Source of the DNA: Trichoplax adhaerens
Taxonomy: Eukaryota; Animalia; Placozoa
Length of the DNA: 64,000 nucleotides
Direction: 5' to 3'
Assembly: GCF_000150275.1 (NCBI RefSeq)
Contig: NW_002060970.1
Span: forward strand, 270,197 to 334,196
Shown in pieces: positions 13,801 to 24,700 of this stretch; the stretch's first letter is position 1; every line of letters begins with the position of its first letter. The notes under the pieces were generated by a model. It worked only from the letters and a program-made list of their open reading frames with translations. It had not been told where the DNA came from and ran no database searches. The position numbers were made by a program, and so were the translations under genes.

Positions 13801-14620
13801 ATCAATAGTGATGTATTTAGAAAGGAGATTGTTGTCGTCTTTATGGTGATTTATAGCATGTTGTATCAAGATGAAGAATATCAACCACTCGCAGTACACT
13901 TGTACAGTATACGAAATAGTAATGTAACGTCGTGCAATCGATGGGCAATGGGTGGGGTGATAGCATAAGATAGAGTAAGATCGTGGCATGTCGATTTGTA
14001 AAGCAATTTTTTTATTCATTCCTAACGTATTCATCCATTAGCAAAGATATTGGTGATCGAGTCTGTCTTCCACTCATCGCTATATACTCGTATCGAGTCT
14101 ATATATGCTATCGTCCAAGTACAATATGATCGTAGTGAAGATGCAGCCAGCCAAAGTAAAGGAAAGGGTTGACTACGAGCTCAACACGGTACAGTAGTCG
14201 ATGAATGAGGCTGAACGACTTGAATTGGACATGCAAAAGTGGCATTGAACTCATGTTGAGTGTCTACGTTGCAATGAGGCAACAATAATACGTCAATCAT
14301 CATCATGCCAAGCTACGATAACTATCAAGTTGACTAGACGAAAAGGAAAGCTTGCGTCGACATTGGATGGATGGTGGCGAGTCATAGGATCCATTTTTAG
14401 GCAGCTGCAAAGTGACTGCCATTCTCCGTGACTATCTGTTAAGATGAAGAAATTTTGTATCGCCATTTTTCACCGATGCACTCCCTGGTTCCAATTCCTT
14501 CAATCCGAATAGCATGATGGTATACTGTAAACGATTTGAACTTACATTTTGGCCAGGAGGATTATTCATGGCGTTGAGAATGCCGTTGAAATTGCCTCTA
14601 TTCCATTGAGCGCTTTTCAT
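1852..14620 (-). CDS. RANBP2: RanBP2/Nup358-like nucleoporin and SUMO E3 ligase, multi-exon, with an apparent +1 frameshift at ~4019-4050
   Basis: Spliced 5' exons read MKSAQWNRGNFNGILNAMNNPPGQN (14620-14546) / RPRNGLAAARLCHQVGDTSRAIK / HLSSYILSNEEDYR / AHRFMGKLQEHRDMKDKAWNSYVR / AHRINPKDKETLLS / IGQLLLINKADADDLE / YWIDKISSGCRNHPLVLKLK / ...LEWQWVVTSVLK / DYLESLG. These are colinear with the RanBP2 N-terminal helical domain (KAHRFLG, YWLE..P.I.KLK, LEW..VV..LKEYLESL). The large terminal exon region (ORFs 4016-7528 and 1852-3912) holds four RanBP1-type domains (KLFRFD..WKERGVG..KILK..R.IMRRDQ..KVCANH) and IR-like motifs. The middle exons (7670-11100) were not all resolved. Confidence 0.92.
2270..2680 (-). 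other. Ran-binding domain 4
   Basis: Same RanBD motifs, with the variant YTHADY; ends FKSVVEDC. Confidence 0.95.
3390..3795 (-). other. Ran-binding domain 3
   Basis: Same RanBD motifs, with the variant YTHADY. Confidence 0.95.
4755..5160 (-). other. Ran-binding domain 2
   Basis: Same RanBD motifs, with the variant RLKPS. Confidence 0.95.
5870..6275 (-). other. Ran-binding domain 1 (RanBD) of RANBP2
   Basis: Reads FKPVVTLPEV..ITGEEDEE..R CKLFRFDK..WKERGVGEIKILK..MRRDQIHKVCANH..SWVW..DYSEG..ARFKTPE.A..FK. Boundaries are approximate. Confidence 0.95.
6710..6853 (-). repeat. Coding minisatellite, 4 x 36 bp (ATQFTG[HR]TE[IT]S[TM])
   Basis: Four 12-aa units in ORF 4016-7528. Confidence 0.9.
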
Positions 14621-14782
14621 TGCTGAAGGAGGGAAAGAATGTCAATACAGTCGACTGTACCGTGTTAATAAGTAGACTCTTTTCAAGATGGCGTTCTATA
14701 AGCAACCAGGGGCTTTCATTGAAACGGTGGTCATGATACAATACTGTACACTTGTAGACTGTACACTGTACAGTACAGTATT

Positions 14783-15276
14783 TCAAAAATTTTGCCCTTT
14801 CAAAAATATACAGTACAGTACAGTACAGTACAGTACAGTTCTGTACTGTAGTACTGAAAGTATGTACTGTAGCGAGTTGGTTTGTACTGTACTGTACTGT
14901 ACTCAGGGGGGACAATTGGGTTTGTTAAAGGGTGTACAGTACAGTATGTTTTTGAAAGGGCAAAATTTTTGATCAGTTTTGTACAGTACAGTACTGTAGC
15001 GAGTTGGTTTGTACTGTACTGTACACTGTACAGTACTCAGGGGGACAATTGGGTTTGTAAAGGGTGTACTGTACTGTACTGTACGAGTACCGTACAGTAT
15101 ACTGTACTGTACGTATTGTACAGTACTGTACAGTACAGTATTCTGTACTTACAGTATACTTTATACTGTACACTAATATACTGTACTTTCTAGTACTTAC
15201 TGTACTTTATAGTACTACTTTTTAGTACTTAATATACTTTAGACTTATTATACCCCTCTTTACAAGCTCCCCCCTG
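14783..15276. repeat. Foldback-like composite repeat: a perfect 24-bp inverted repeat plus direct repeats
   Basis: tcaaaaattttgccctttcaaaaa (14783-14806) is the exact reverse complement of 14949-14972. The direct repeat gtactgtagcgagttggtttgtactg...actcagggggacaattgggtttgt occurs at ~14863 and ~14990, with a partial inverted copy at ~15251-15276. Confidence 0.8.
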
Positions 15277-15305
15277 GGCTTTGAAGTTTAAGCCTCTACG
15301 GCGCC

Positions 15306-15565
15306 TAGTGTATTCAGTAACCCCACTACGACTAAACATTTAATCCGATTGAAAGCGCTACATAAAATCCGAATCCGATCCGAAATCCGATTTTACAGTA
15401 CAAAGTATTATAGTTTACTTACTGTAGTACTTTATCTTAATTTTGAATTTTCGGATTTAGTCGGATTAAGTCGTATATACGAATCATGAATTTCAAATCC
15501 GATCCGAAATCTAGTCGGATTTTTTCGGATTATAATCCGAAATCCGATCCGAGTTCAATTCACTA
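15306..15565. mobile_element. Putative MITE-like element (TAGTG...CACTA ends, ATCCGA/TCGGAT subterminal repeats)
   Basis: The ends TAGTGTATT and AATTCACTA match at 8 of 9 positions as an inverted repeat. Many internal tccgatccgaaatc and tcggat motifs occur in both orientations. No target-site duplication found. Confidence 0.5.
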
Positions 15566-16662
15566 CAGTCTACGCTTATGTACAGTACAGTACAGTACCG
15601 GACGCTTATGAAATTCATGGGTGAATACTGTACTGTACAGTACAGTGCTCTACACGTCTACAGTACTCTACTGTACACTGTACACTGTACACTGTATACA
15701 CGTCATAGGGTGAAAGGTCCATGCAGAATTGGGCCCGGCACGGCCCGGACCAGATCGGAGCACGAAGGCATACTGAATCTATTAATGATAGTCACTGTAC
15801 TGGATCCCAGCTTCGGATACTGTAGAGATCCATCATTGCTCAGTTAAGCCATGCGGATTCGCAAATGGCACTGTCGAATAGTTGAAGGCTGACAATTGAT
15901 ATTCTTGTTCAATGATAGTAATATCAGTTGTCAGCCTTTATAATAACATTGATTGAACAGTGTCGTCGTTGTACTGTTCTGTATGTAGTCGACAAGAACT
16001 TTCACTCCAAAGTGGCGAAACACTGTATCCAAATAATTTTGAGTAGTACTGTATACAGTACAGTGTACAGTACAGTGTACAGTATCCGAAGAATAGCTAC
16101 AGTACTGTACAGTGTACTGTACACTAGACACACTCGACCGTCCGCTTCTTTGGACGGACAGATATTTGGCCGAATGTCCTAATTTCATCTACAAATGGTG
16201 TCATTATGACAGTACTTTAGTATGCAGACAGTCGATTCTGAACGGACTGATTTTTTCGAAATCAAGTCCTATTTCAATGTATTCCATTGCCTGTTGCTAA
16301 GCTCTGCTTGAAAACAGTCTCTTAAGATCATCAATGTTATTCAAATCAATACGAGTGATTCACAAAACAGACACCAAAGATCCATACTGAGTAAGTATGG
16401 TTCCACATTTTCCTCGTCCATTATCCGTCCATCTGTATATTCGGAGTATACAGTGCACAGTACACCAAGTGACAGTCTATCACTGTAAAATTCAGTACTG
16501 TTCACTGTTCACTGAGTACAGTCTTTTTCTCTTTTTACTGTAGCCGTCGCTACGCCGTACCGAGTAGTGAGTGAATGTACGGCGTGCTTCAATCACAGTC
16601 TCAGAGCCTATTAACTGTCCGTCGTTGGCATTTTTCTCCACAAAGATTCGTTCCCAGTAACA

Positions 16663-19539
16663 ATGGCTTCCTGTTGGCATTTTGGCCTTTTCGCCTTCTT
16701 ATTCCTCATTTCACCGTGCTTTGGTAAGATAGCCATCCATTTATTGCTATCATAGATACTTTTACCCTAGTGCCATGTGTTGAATACGTTCGAACCACTG
16801 TCATACTTTCGTCGATCGCCATTTTTGCTCGCAAGCCATGACAATTGACTACTCGAACAGTCGATTGTAATGGCGAGCGTCACAAAGACTTTGCTAATAA
16901 CGCTCCATCAACTTTGATGGATAGCAGGATAGCGATAGGGATGATGGCTAGTGTTGTGAATGTATGAGTTGATTTCTAGCTCTACAATGATTATAACTTG
17001 GTAGTGCATACTATTATCATCTGGTAGACTACAGTCGTTGTCTAAAGATGTAATGATAAACGCCATTAAAATCGTACGGAATCAATACGTTTGGTAAAGA
17101 CACACGAGGAGAACCGACTAAAACATGGATGGATACCATTACTTGATGGAATATGGCTCGACTGTATCGATCGGATAATTAAGAATGATCCCAGTTCTCA
17201 GCCTTTATGAACCTATTGGGGACTGCTTTCCAGGAGAGAAACTTCGACTCCACTGTACAGTGTACACGATGGGATACTGTTTACTTTTGTGCAATCGATT
17301 GCCATTGAAATGGCTTTTCTTGACTTCCTCGATTGCCCTCAATTCTGCTAGACTTGTTAGTTATTGATCAAAATCGAGAATGTTGCGATTGTTGTAACAT
17401 TGTCCGAAAGGGAAACAAATCCGATACTCTACTGACTGCATCGATGGTATTCAATCGGCATCATCAATGCCTGCGTGCTTGTACACCGCGTTAATCATCA
17501 TTGCTTCAGTGGCAAACCTTATAAGTTGCCAACCACTCAACGACTCAACTGGAGAAAAAACCCTTCAAAATCCTTCCAATACTGTCGATTTCAATAGTGT
17601 AACCCTTCTCAGTCTGACCAACCGTACTGGATTGGCAAACATTGCCTAGTTTAAAACTCTTTTCTAACGAAATAACATCGTAGTGAAGCCGCTATGCTGA
17701 TTCCATTTCTGTAATGCCCTATTGCGCCTTTGTAGGAGAACAAGCTCTATAGTATCCACTTAACCTTGAGCCGTGTTTCAGTAATTTTATACAAGGTTCA
17801 AGTTTGCTAAGGGTACTGTCAATGGCGCACGTTCATCATTCACAATTGTACCAAATTGGACAACATGGAGTACGATATATATCTATATAGAGAGAGAGAC
17901 TCCATGAAGTGAACCATCGATGCCCTCTTAATAAAGTAAATCATAGAATAGGATGATCAAGTCAACAACATTAAGCTTAATGCTGATGCTGCTTTCATGA
18001 ATTGTGTCCGCTTGATGAGATTATTAATGGCTAACCCATATGTGCCTCAATGCGGACACAATGCTAAGAATTGGAAGCCAATGTTAGTTGTTGAAGTCTT
18101 TCGTCAAGTACTGGACCATCAATCGATTCAACTATAAATTACAACTTCAATAATTCATGAGTTAATACACTCGTCGTGTATTCTAGGGAGAGATTATTCT
18201 ATTGTTACTGGATAAAGCGAAATATTGAGGAGATGATGGTACTACTGTATGATTCTACTGTAGTTTTAAAGTAGCAGCTGCAAACGAAATAGAATGCTGT
18301 TCATTCAGTAGCAGTTTCGTGGGAAATGTTGACAAATTGAACTAATAGCTCCATTGCATTCTGACGTGCCATAAGGTTGTAACATTTTTTGCCTAAAATG
18401 AATTGCCTTTGTGTCCTTTTTCCCTATTAGGACTTCAGTGTTCACCGAAATCGGTGTCGCGGTACTCCACGTCCAACGCAATTCTAGAATCAGAAAGCAC
18501 CTTTCTAGCAGCTTTTCAGCTCGATTGTAACGGTGAAGACAAGGTAAGGTTGCAATACATTTCAACTTTTCAAATGCGATCAAATTTGCTTATTGATCTA
18601 GGGGATCATGTTTCCAAAATGCAACGTCATGAAAGCACTAACCTTCACCCATTATTCTCTATATTGATATACGAAACTTGTAGCCGGATCAGTTACACGC
18701 TATAATCGATGACAAACCTTTGCCGGTTGCTCGCGACGCAGATGGAAATACGTTTGAGGTGATTTTATCTCTCACATTATACAACACCAGTTTAGCTTGG
18801 TGGTCATAACTGCACTTCAATCAGACGTTATTCTGTTGCGCGATGCAATGGAAGATATACTACGATCTACACATGCAACCTTTTTAATTACAATTGTACA
18901 TTACAATATTGTTATTGAAATCATGATAGGGTGTAATAGTAATATTAACTTCGTACAGAACGCAAATAGCTAGTCTTCAAATACAACATTATTCTAATAA
19001 TGATATATCGATGATTTACTCCACATTGCACAATCTATCACGGCGTAGGTGAGTTGGGTTGAAGATCATAAAGCCGCAACCACTGGTGTCTATAAGGTCG
19101 CTATCTACGACGATGCCTCCTTTGCTGCTTACAGAAAGGTAAGTTACTCTGTTACTGACCACCAAGAGTGAAAATGAAGTGAATCATCATCGGTATTGAA
19201 TACGAATGAATGATTTTATTTTATCGCCCTGTTCTTAGGCCAAACGAAGTGGCAATACATTTAATGGGAGCCCACTTTTCACGATTGACATGGATCATAA
19301 GGTGAGAAAACATGCTTTTAAAATTTTCATAGGTTTAGCCAATGCTTTACTTCTGATAGTATTCGTTGCGGCGAAAATTTCACTTCAATAAACTGTTATA
19401 GAAATTATTGTAGTCATTTTATTTACATCACTGTACATTCTTGCAATCACAGGTTGCTACCAAGCAAGGTACATCTACTCGCTATCATAGCATCAATCTG
19501 CATGTGCGTGGGTATGNTGCACTGAAATATAGTGAATAA
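16663..19539 (+). CDS. SSR4: Translocon-associated protein delta (TRAP-delta), 6 coding exons
   Basis: Exons 16663-16723, 18431-18543, 18684-18758, 19049-19138, 19239-19301 and 19453-19539 splice in phase. They encode the signal peptide MASCWHFGLFAFLFLISPCFG, then C..YSTSNAILESESTF..F.LDC, VSWVEDHKAATTGVYKVAIYDDASFAAYRKAKR..PLFTIDMDH. This matches SSR4 (YTTSDAVI..ETVF, VSWS.DHK.A..GTY.V..FDEESY..RKAQR..PLFTV..DH). The frame of the last exon is uncertain (N at 19517). Confidence 0.9.
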
Positions 19540-21780
19540 AGCTTGGCCAAGTTCACAAATTAGTATAATTAATAAGCGCACTTTTTAAAATTGTTGCATG
19601 CACATTTTTACCGTAATACCCTNTACGTTGTTATGAGCACAATATAGAGATAACACTTTCAATACAGTAACTGAGTCTATCGTTATATTTATAGGAAAAC
19701 ATTTTTAAATTAATTCCATGAATAATACAATCAGAATCAGTAGTACAAATGTTGAGCTAAAATCATTACTGATATACTGTACGAATATACGTAAGCGATA
19801 TACTTATCGATTTATAGCAATTACGATACATGCTCTGATTGATATCTTGTAAACTAAAAGTATTTAATACATAAGAAAAGAGATAGTTGTAGCAAATGCC
19901 GAATACTTTATCGATTATTCGATTGTATTAGCAGAAAGTAACATTTGTTGAGGCTTAAAGGATTCTTGTATCTCTATGTACTGTATTGTGCTATACCAAA
20001 TTCTGCTTTATACTTCGCATGGAACATGCTCGAAAAATTTCTTCCGTTACTAAATGCTTACCCATCGAACCTATGTAACAAAACTGAAATCCAAAGTTCT
20101 CTATGATCCATCATCATAAAATGACAAGCTTTCTGTTTAGGGAAAATATCTATTTAAATTGATATCCTAGTAAACATAGGAATAGTGTTCACTTGATGCT
20201 CGAATACTAGAACAGTCTTGTGCATTTTTTTATTTATTTTTTGGAGAGTAGAAGAATTCCCATACTAGAATCTAATCTCATTATTAGCATCACCTTCAAA
20301 ACAAATTCAGATATCTTGCAAATAAATATGCTCTAGATTAATTGTTTAGAGATTATTATCAAAACAAATGCATGAATTGAGTTTTCATAGCATAGGGGGC
20401 CACATCCAGTGATGAATATTGATATTCTGGCAGCGAATTACACAATGTTAAGAAGCTAGATGGACTTTGCTTGCTACAAAAATACTGAAAGACGAATGGC
20501 TAATGGACCTCGAACGATAATATCTCATTTTTTCTATTTAACTCCGTCAAAAAGTATTTGCTTCATATAGACTTATATTAAATCGCGGTAGATACTTAGC
20601 ATAATCGACCGGCACACTGCTATTATAAAACGCGATTTAAATAAATTCAGAGAAATTCATTTACAGCTTTACAATTCTTTTAATAGTTTTCGGTAGATGG
20701 TTATAAGTAGACTTATGAAAATAATAGGATTTACTATTTGCTAGTATTTATTATATCTTTCTTTCTCTTATTAAAACTAGGTTAAATTCTATCATTTTTA
20801 AAAGCCTACTTATAATAGCCATCAATGGTCGGCAGTCTTAGTAATATAGGCAATTACTTTAAATATTAAACATTACGATGCTGATCGTTAACCACTTAGG
20901 AATACAATGATTAATTTTCATGAGATTCTTAATTAAAGACACTGCATGCTATACGAGTATATAGCTTTGCTATCCTTTTCGTAACAAACAAGTACTAGTA
21001 ATTTATGCTAATTCTATGTCAGTCTGTATAATTCATTGTATAACATTTATATTTTCATTACTAATTAGTAGTTTTGTAGAGTCTATTCTTCGACTACTAT
21101 ATGTACTATATTTATCGGTTAACGATCGAAATGATTGAATCCTTGATTGCAGCTCCTCTACTGCAGCCCAGAGTAAAATTCTTTACTGTATAGGAAAATT
21201 TTTGTATGCTCTTGATCTATTAGATATAGGTACATTTTCACTATTAGGTACTAGTCATAAATAGTCTATTCCTCGTCTACTAATTGCAACTCCTCTACTG
21301 CAGTCTTGGACAAAGTCCTTTAATGTATATATACAAATACTATATACTCTTGATCTATTGTACTGTATACTCGATATAGTTTTATCAATATTAAAATTAT
21401 TCACAATGTGATGGTAACTATTCTAGCAAAATCTGAGAACATTTATTTTACTTTATATAAGAATTCTTTATAATCCTCATCAATGGCAACTATATTTCCA
21501 TTGATAATCGATAATGTTTAGCCGTAGATTGCTGCTATTCTAATTTACCTAGAACCCCTGTCAAGTACAGTCAATATCTTTATTTTTTTACAGACCTGAA
21601 AGGATCATCATGAGCATGCATAATTTTAACAGTCGGTACCCCGTTGGAAATTATCTTTTTAGAATGTTAATAAAGTTAGTAACTCATATCATAGTTGTGT
21701 TTAACGTAGTCTGAAATTACTTTAACTATAATACTCACCATGAAATAAATAAATTTTAAATTGCGATACGCTTCTTTTAG

Positions 21781-24700
21781 TCGAACAAGGAATTGTCAGA
21801 AGAAAAGTATGCTTCAGCTTAATGGGAAGTTGCTGCTTTAAAAGTTCTTATATTCTAACCCAAAACTGCAGTGATTTCATGATTTATCGGCTACCATCGA
21901 CATCGATAAATAATATATGTTCTCGTTATTGCACTACTCCGGCCGGTTAGTAAAGTCTTAGTCAAAGCTATACTTTCAATTTGTATTAATTATTTTGCTA
22001 TGATAAGTACTGTTCTCAACCAATTTTACTGTGTATTAATATTAGATCCTTGCGATCCAAATCCCTGCCTTCACGATAGTATTTGTAGTGTAGTCGGCAA
22101 GAATTATCAATGTACATGTCTTGCTAATTTTACGGGAAGAAATTGCCAAAGCGGTAACTCCATTGATGAACTATTTTCTTTTCTAATTTCTAACGTATCT
22201 GTGGTAATGAAAATTGATATATCAACACGATAACTAATCATGCAGATTGAGTATTAATAATTTTATCGCAATGTTATAAAATCTATTCGAAATACTTTAA
22301 AATGCCGCAATAGCAAATGATATAACGTCAATACTTCGATAAGGTTATTTTGCGATGCAGAAGTGAAAAATAATCTTGTTGGACCTGAATGAATGACCCA
22401 AATTTTCAATAGGCACATATGCATATCTTAAAGGCATTGTGGCGAGCTAATCTGAGACATTACAAGTACAACTAAATATTTTAGAATAACTATCTTTTCA
22501 TCAATGAGATTGTGACTCAAGGAGATACTATAAAATGGGAATACTCTACCCATGTTGATCTAGTAAAACTACCTTGTAAATTAGTACTAAGCAGAATGTA
22601 CTAATTAGAATAACCCTTCTAATATTAATCTCTGTACTGATATAATCTGTACTAATCTACATTTTATTCTACAGACAACTTCATGATTATTATGTATACC
22701 ATTCTACTGTATTGTTGGCTTTTTAGCTCAATTTACATCGTTCAGCACAGCTCATCCAACACATTTTAATAATTTAATTAGTTAATCAGTTTTATGCTTT
22801 GAGTTCGCTATTGTCACATACCTGCATATTAAATATCAGCAAGATTTACTGAACTACTAGTAATCAAATTAACTCCATTTAAAAATTACTAATCGTGAAC
22901 CCGCAGATTAATGCAATATACCGATACACTCGATCAGATTAAAAAAGAAAATATCAAGTTGAATATCTTTTTAAATAGTGATAGCGTGTAAATTTAGTAG
23001 TATAAGTAAAAAATTCTGTTGTAAACATGTGGTCGAGTGTTTTCTTAAGCTCATAAATATATCGATATCCATATATTTGCATACTGGTACTTGTTCAATG
23101 TTCAATTATACTTTTAAAAGGCACAACAAGTGCAAGTTGACAGTTAATGTGCACCGAAGACATAAGAAGTACATAAAACATTTTAAATAACTACCTATAT
23201 ATTAAAGATCAGTAAGATTTACTAATGAGTACAATAAATTACTAATGGAATTAACTTCAATTAAAAAATGCTGATCGTGAGCCCAAAGCTTAACGTTATC
23301 TATACTAATTCAGATTTAAAAAAATATCCGGTAGAATATCTTCTTAAATAATGCTCTGTGGTGTGTAATAAAAATAGCTCAATTTAAAGGATTATGGAAA
23401 GTTCATTAAGCAGCCAGGCAGTGCTGTAACACTCTATTGCCTAAACGTTATACTATATATACAAAAAATCGATTATAAACATGTAGTCGAGCCTTTTCCT
23501 TAAGCTTATAAATTTACAGATATCCGTGTATTTGTACACTTATACGTATGCTTAATCTTCAATTATACGTATAAAAGACGGATAATCGGTTGTCGCTTAA
23601 TATAAATAATCTAATTCTAGTCAAACGATCTATAGTACACTGCAATTTATAACACGCCTTGTTTGTATGCTGTTATTACGCTAATATATTGCCCTTCTAC
23701 AACTGTGATATACCGTAGAATCACAAAAAACGAATACATTAGTATGTACTGAATTATTTATTGGTATCATGGTATTCTCTTGCAATCCATGAATAATACT
23801 ACAGTATAATTCTTGTGATTTATTCTTTTTCTGCTTATTCTGGGTTACTATAATTTTTAGATCTTGTGATTGCAATCTAATTACTAAACATGATAATACA
23901 ATTGGATGATAACACTGTTGTCTGCCTTATATGAGAGATAATCTATTTAAGCCACTCGGTTAAGCTGTGCTCTTATGATAATTTTTATCTATTATTTTTT
24001 TTGGCTGTGCTATGTAGTGAAAAAATTAACAGTTTAGTTTTGCTTGGCCTTATTACTGCATTTCTGTAAATATCGAATAAAAATCATTAATCGGATACTG
24101 CTTTTTGTAGACCTATATCCATGCCGCAACAATCCTTGTATTCATGGAACATGCCAAAATATCAATTACGGTTACAACTGTACTTGTCCGATTGGCTATA
24201 GAGGAATAAATTGTGAATTAGGTAGAATATCCATTAAATTGCAGTCACCCTAGGCGCTATAAATTCATAGAGTGAATGTTAGAATATCTTATTGATCTTT
24301 CGGATAGATATTGATGAATGTGTAGAAAATAAATCAATTTGTACGGAAGGTTGTACTAATACAAATGGTAGCTACCTGTGTGGTTGTGATGCAGGCTATC
24401 AAGTATCAGACGATGGAAAAACTTGCTATGGTAATTTATCTAAAAATAAATATTCATTTTACGCAAATTTTTATCAACAGATTTGCCATGCTACTAAAAT
24501 AATTTTTCTTGTCACATTGCAAATCCTTGTCATAAAGTAATCAAGTTAAGTGATCCAAGTCGCTCTACTCAAATAAATAATACTTACTATCATTCTAAAT
24601 GTGATCAAGTGAACTGGAAGTATACTTGGTATCAGTTTAGTGGTAGTAATTTAAGTCAGATGATGGTAACTGGATACATAAAACCGTTGTCTTGTGGTAC

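Larger units (their letters stand above)
14621..16662. promoter_or_regulatory. Divergent RANBP2/SSR4 promoter region, rich in CAGTA/TACTG/TGTACA microsatellite and CpG
   Basis: Lies between the two head-to-head start codons. It has (tacag)n tracts at ~14740-15200, 15578-15700 and 16045-16125, and a GC-rich GGGCCCGG..GGCCCGG core at 15731-15748. Confidence 0.7.

Noticed and set aside
14598-16300. Overlapping ORFs rich in YSTVQ/VLYC (also 41393-43446)
   Set aside because: These are translation artefacts of the CAGTA/TACTG microsatellite, which lacks stop codons.
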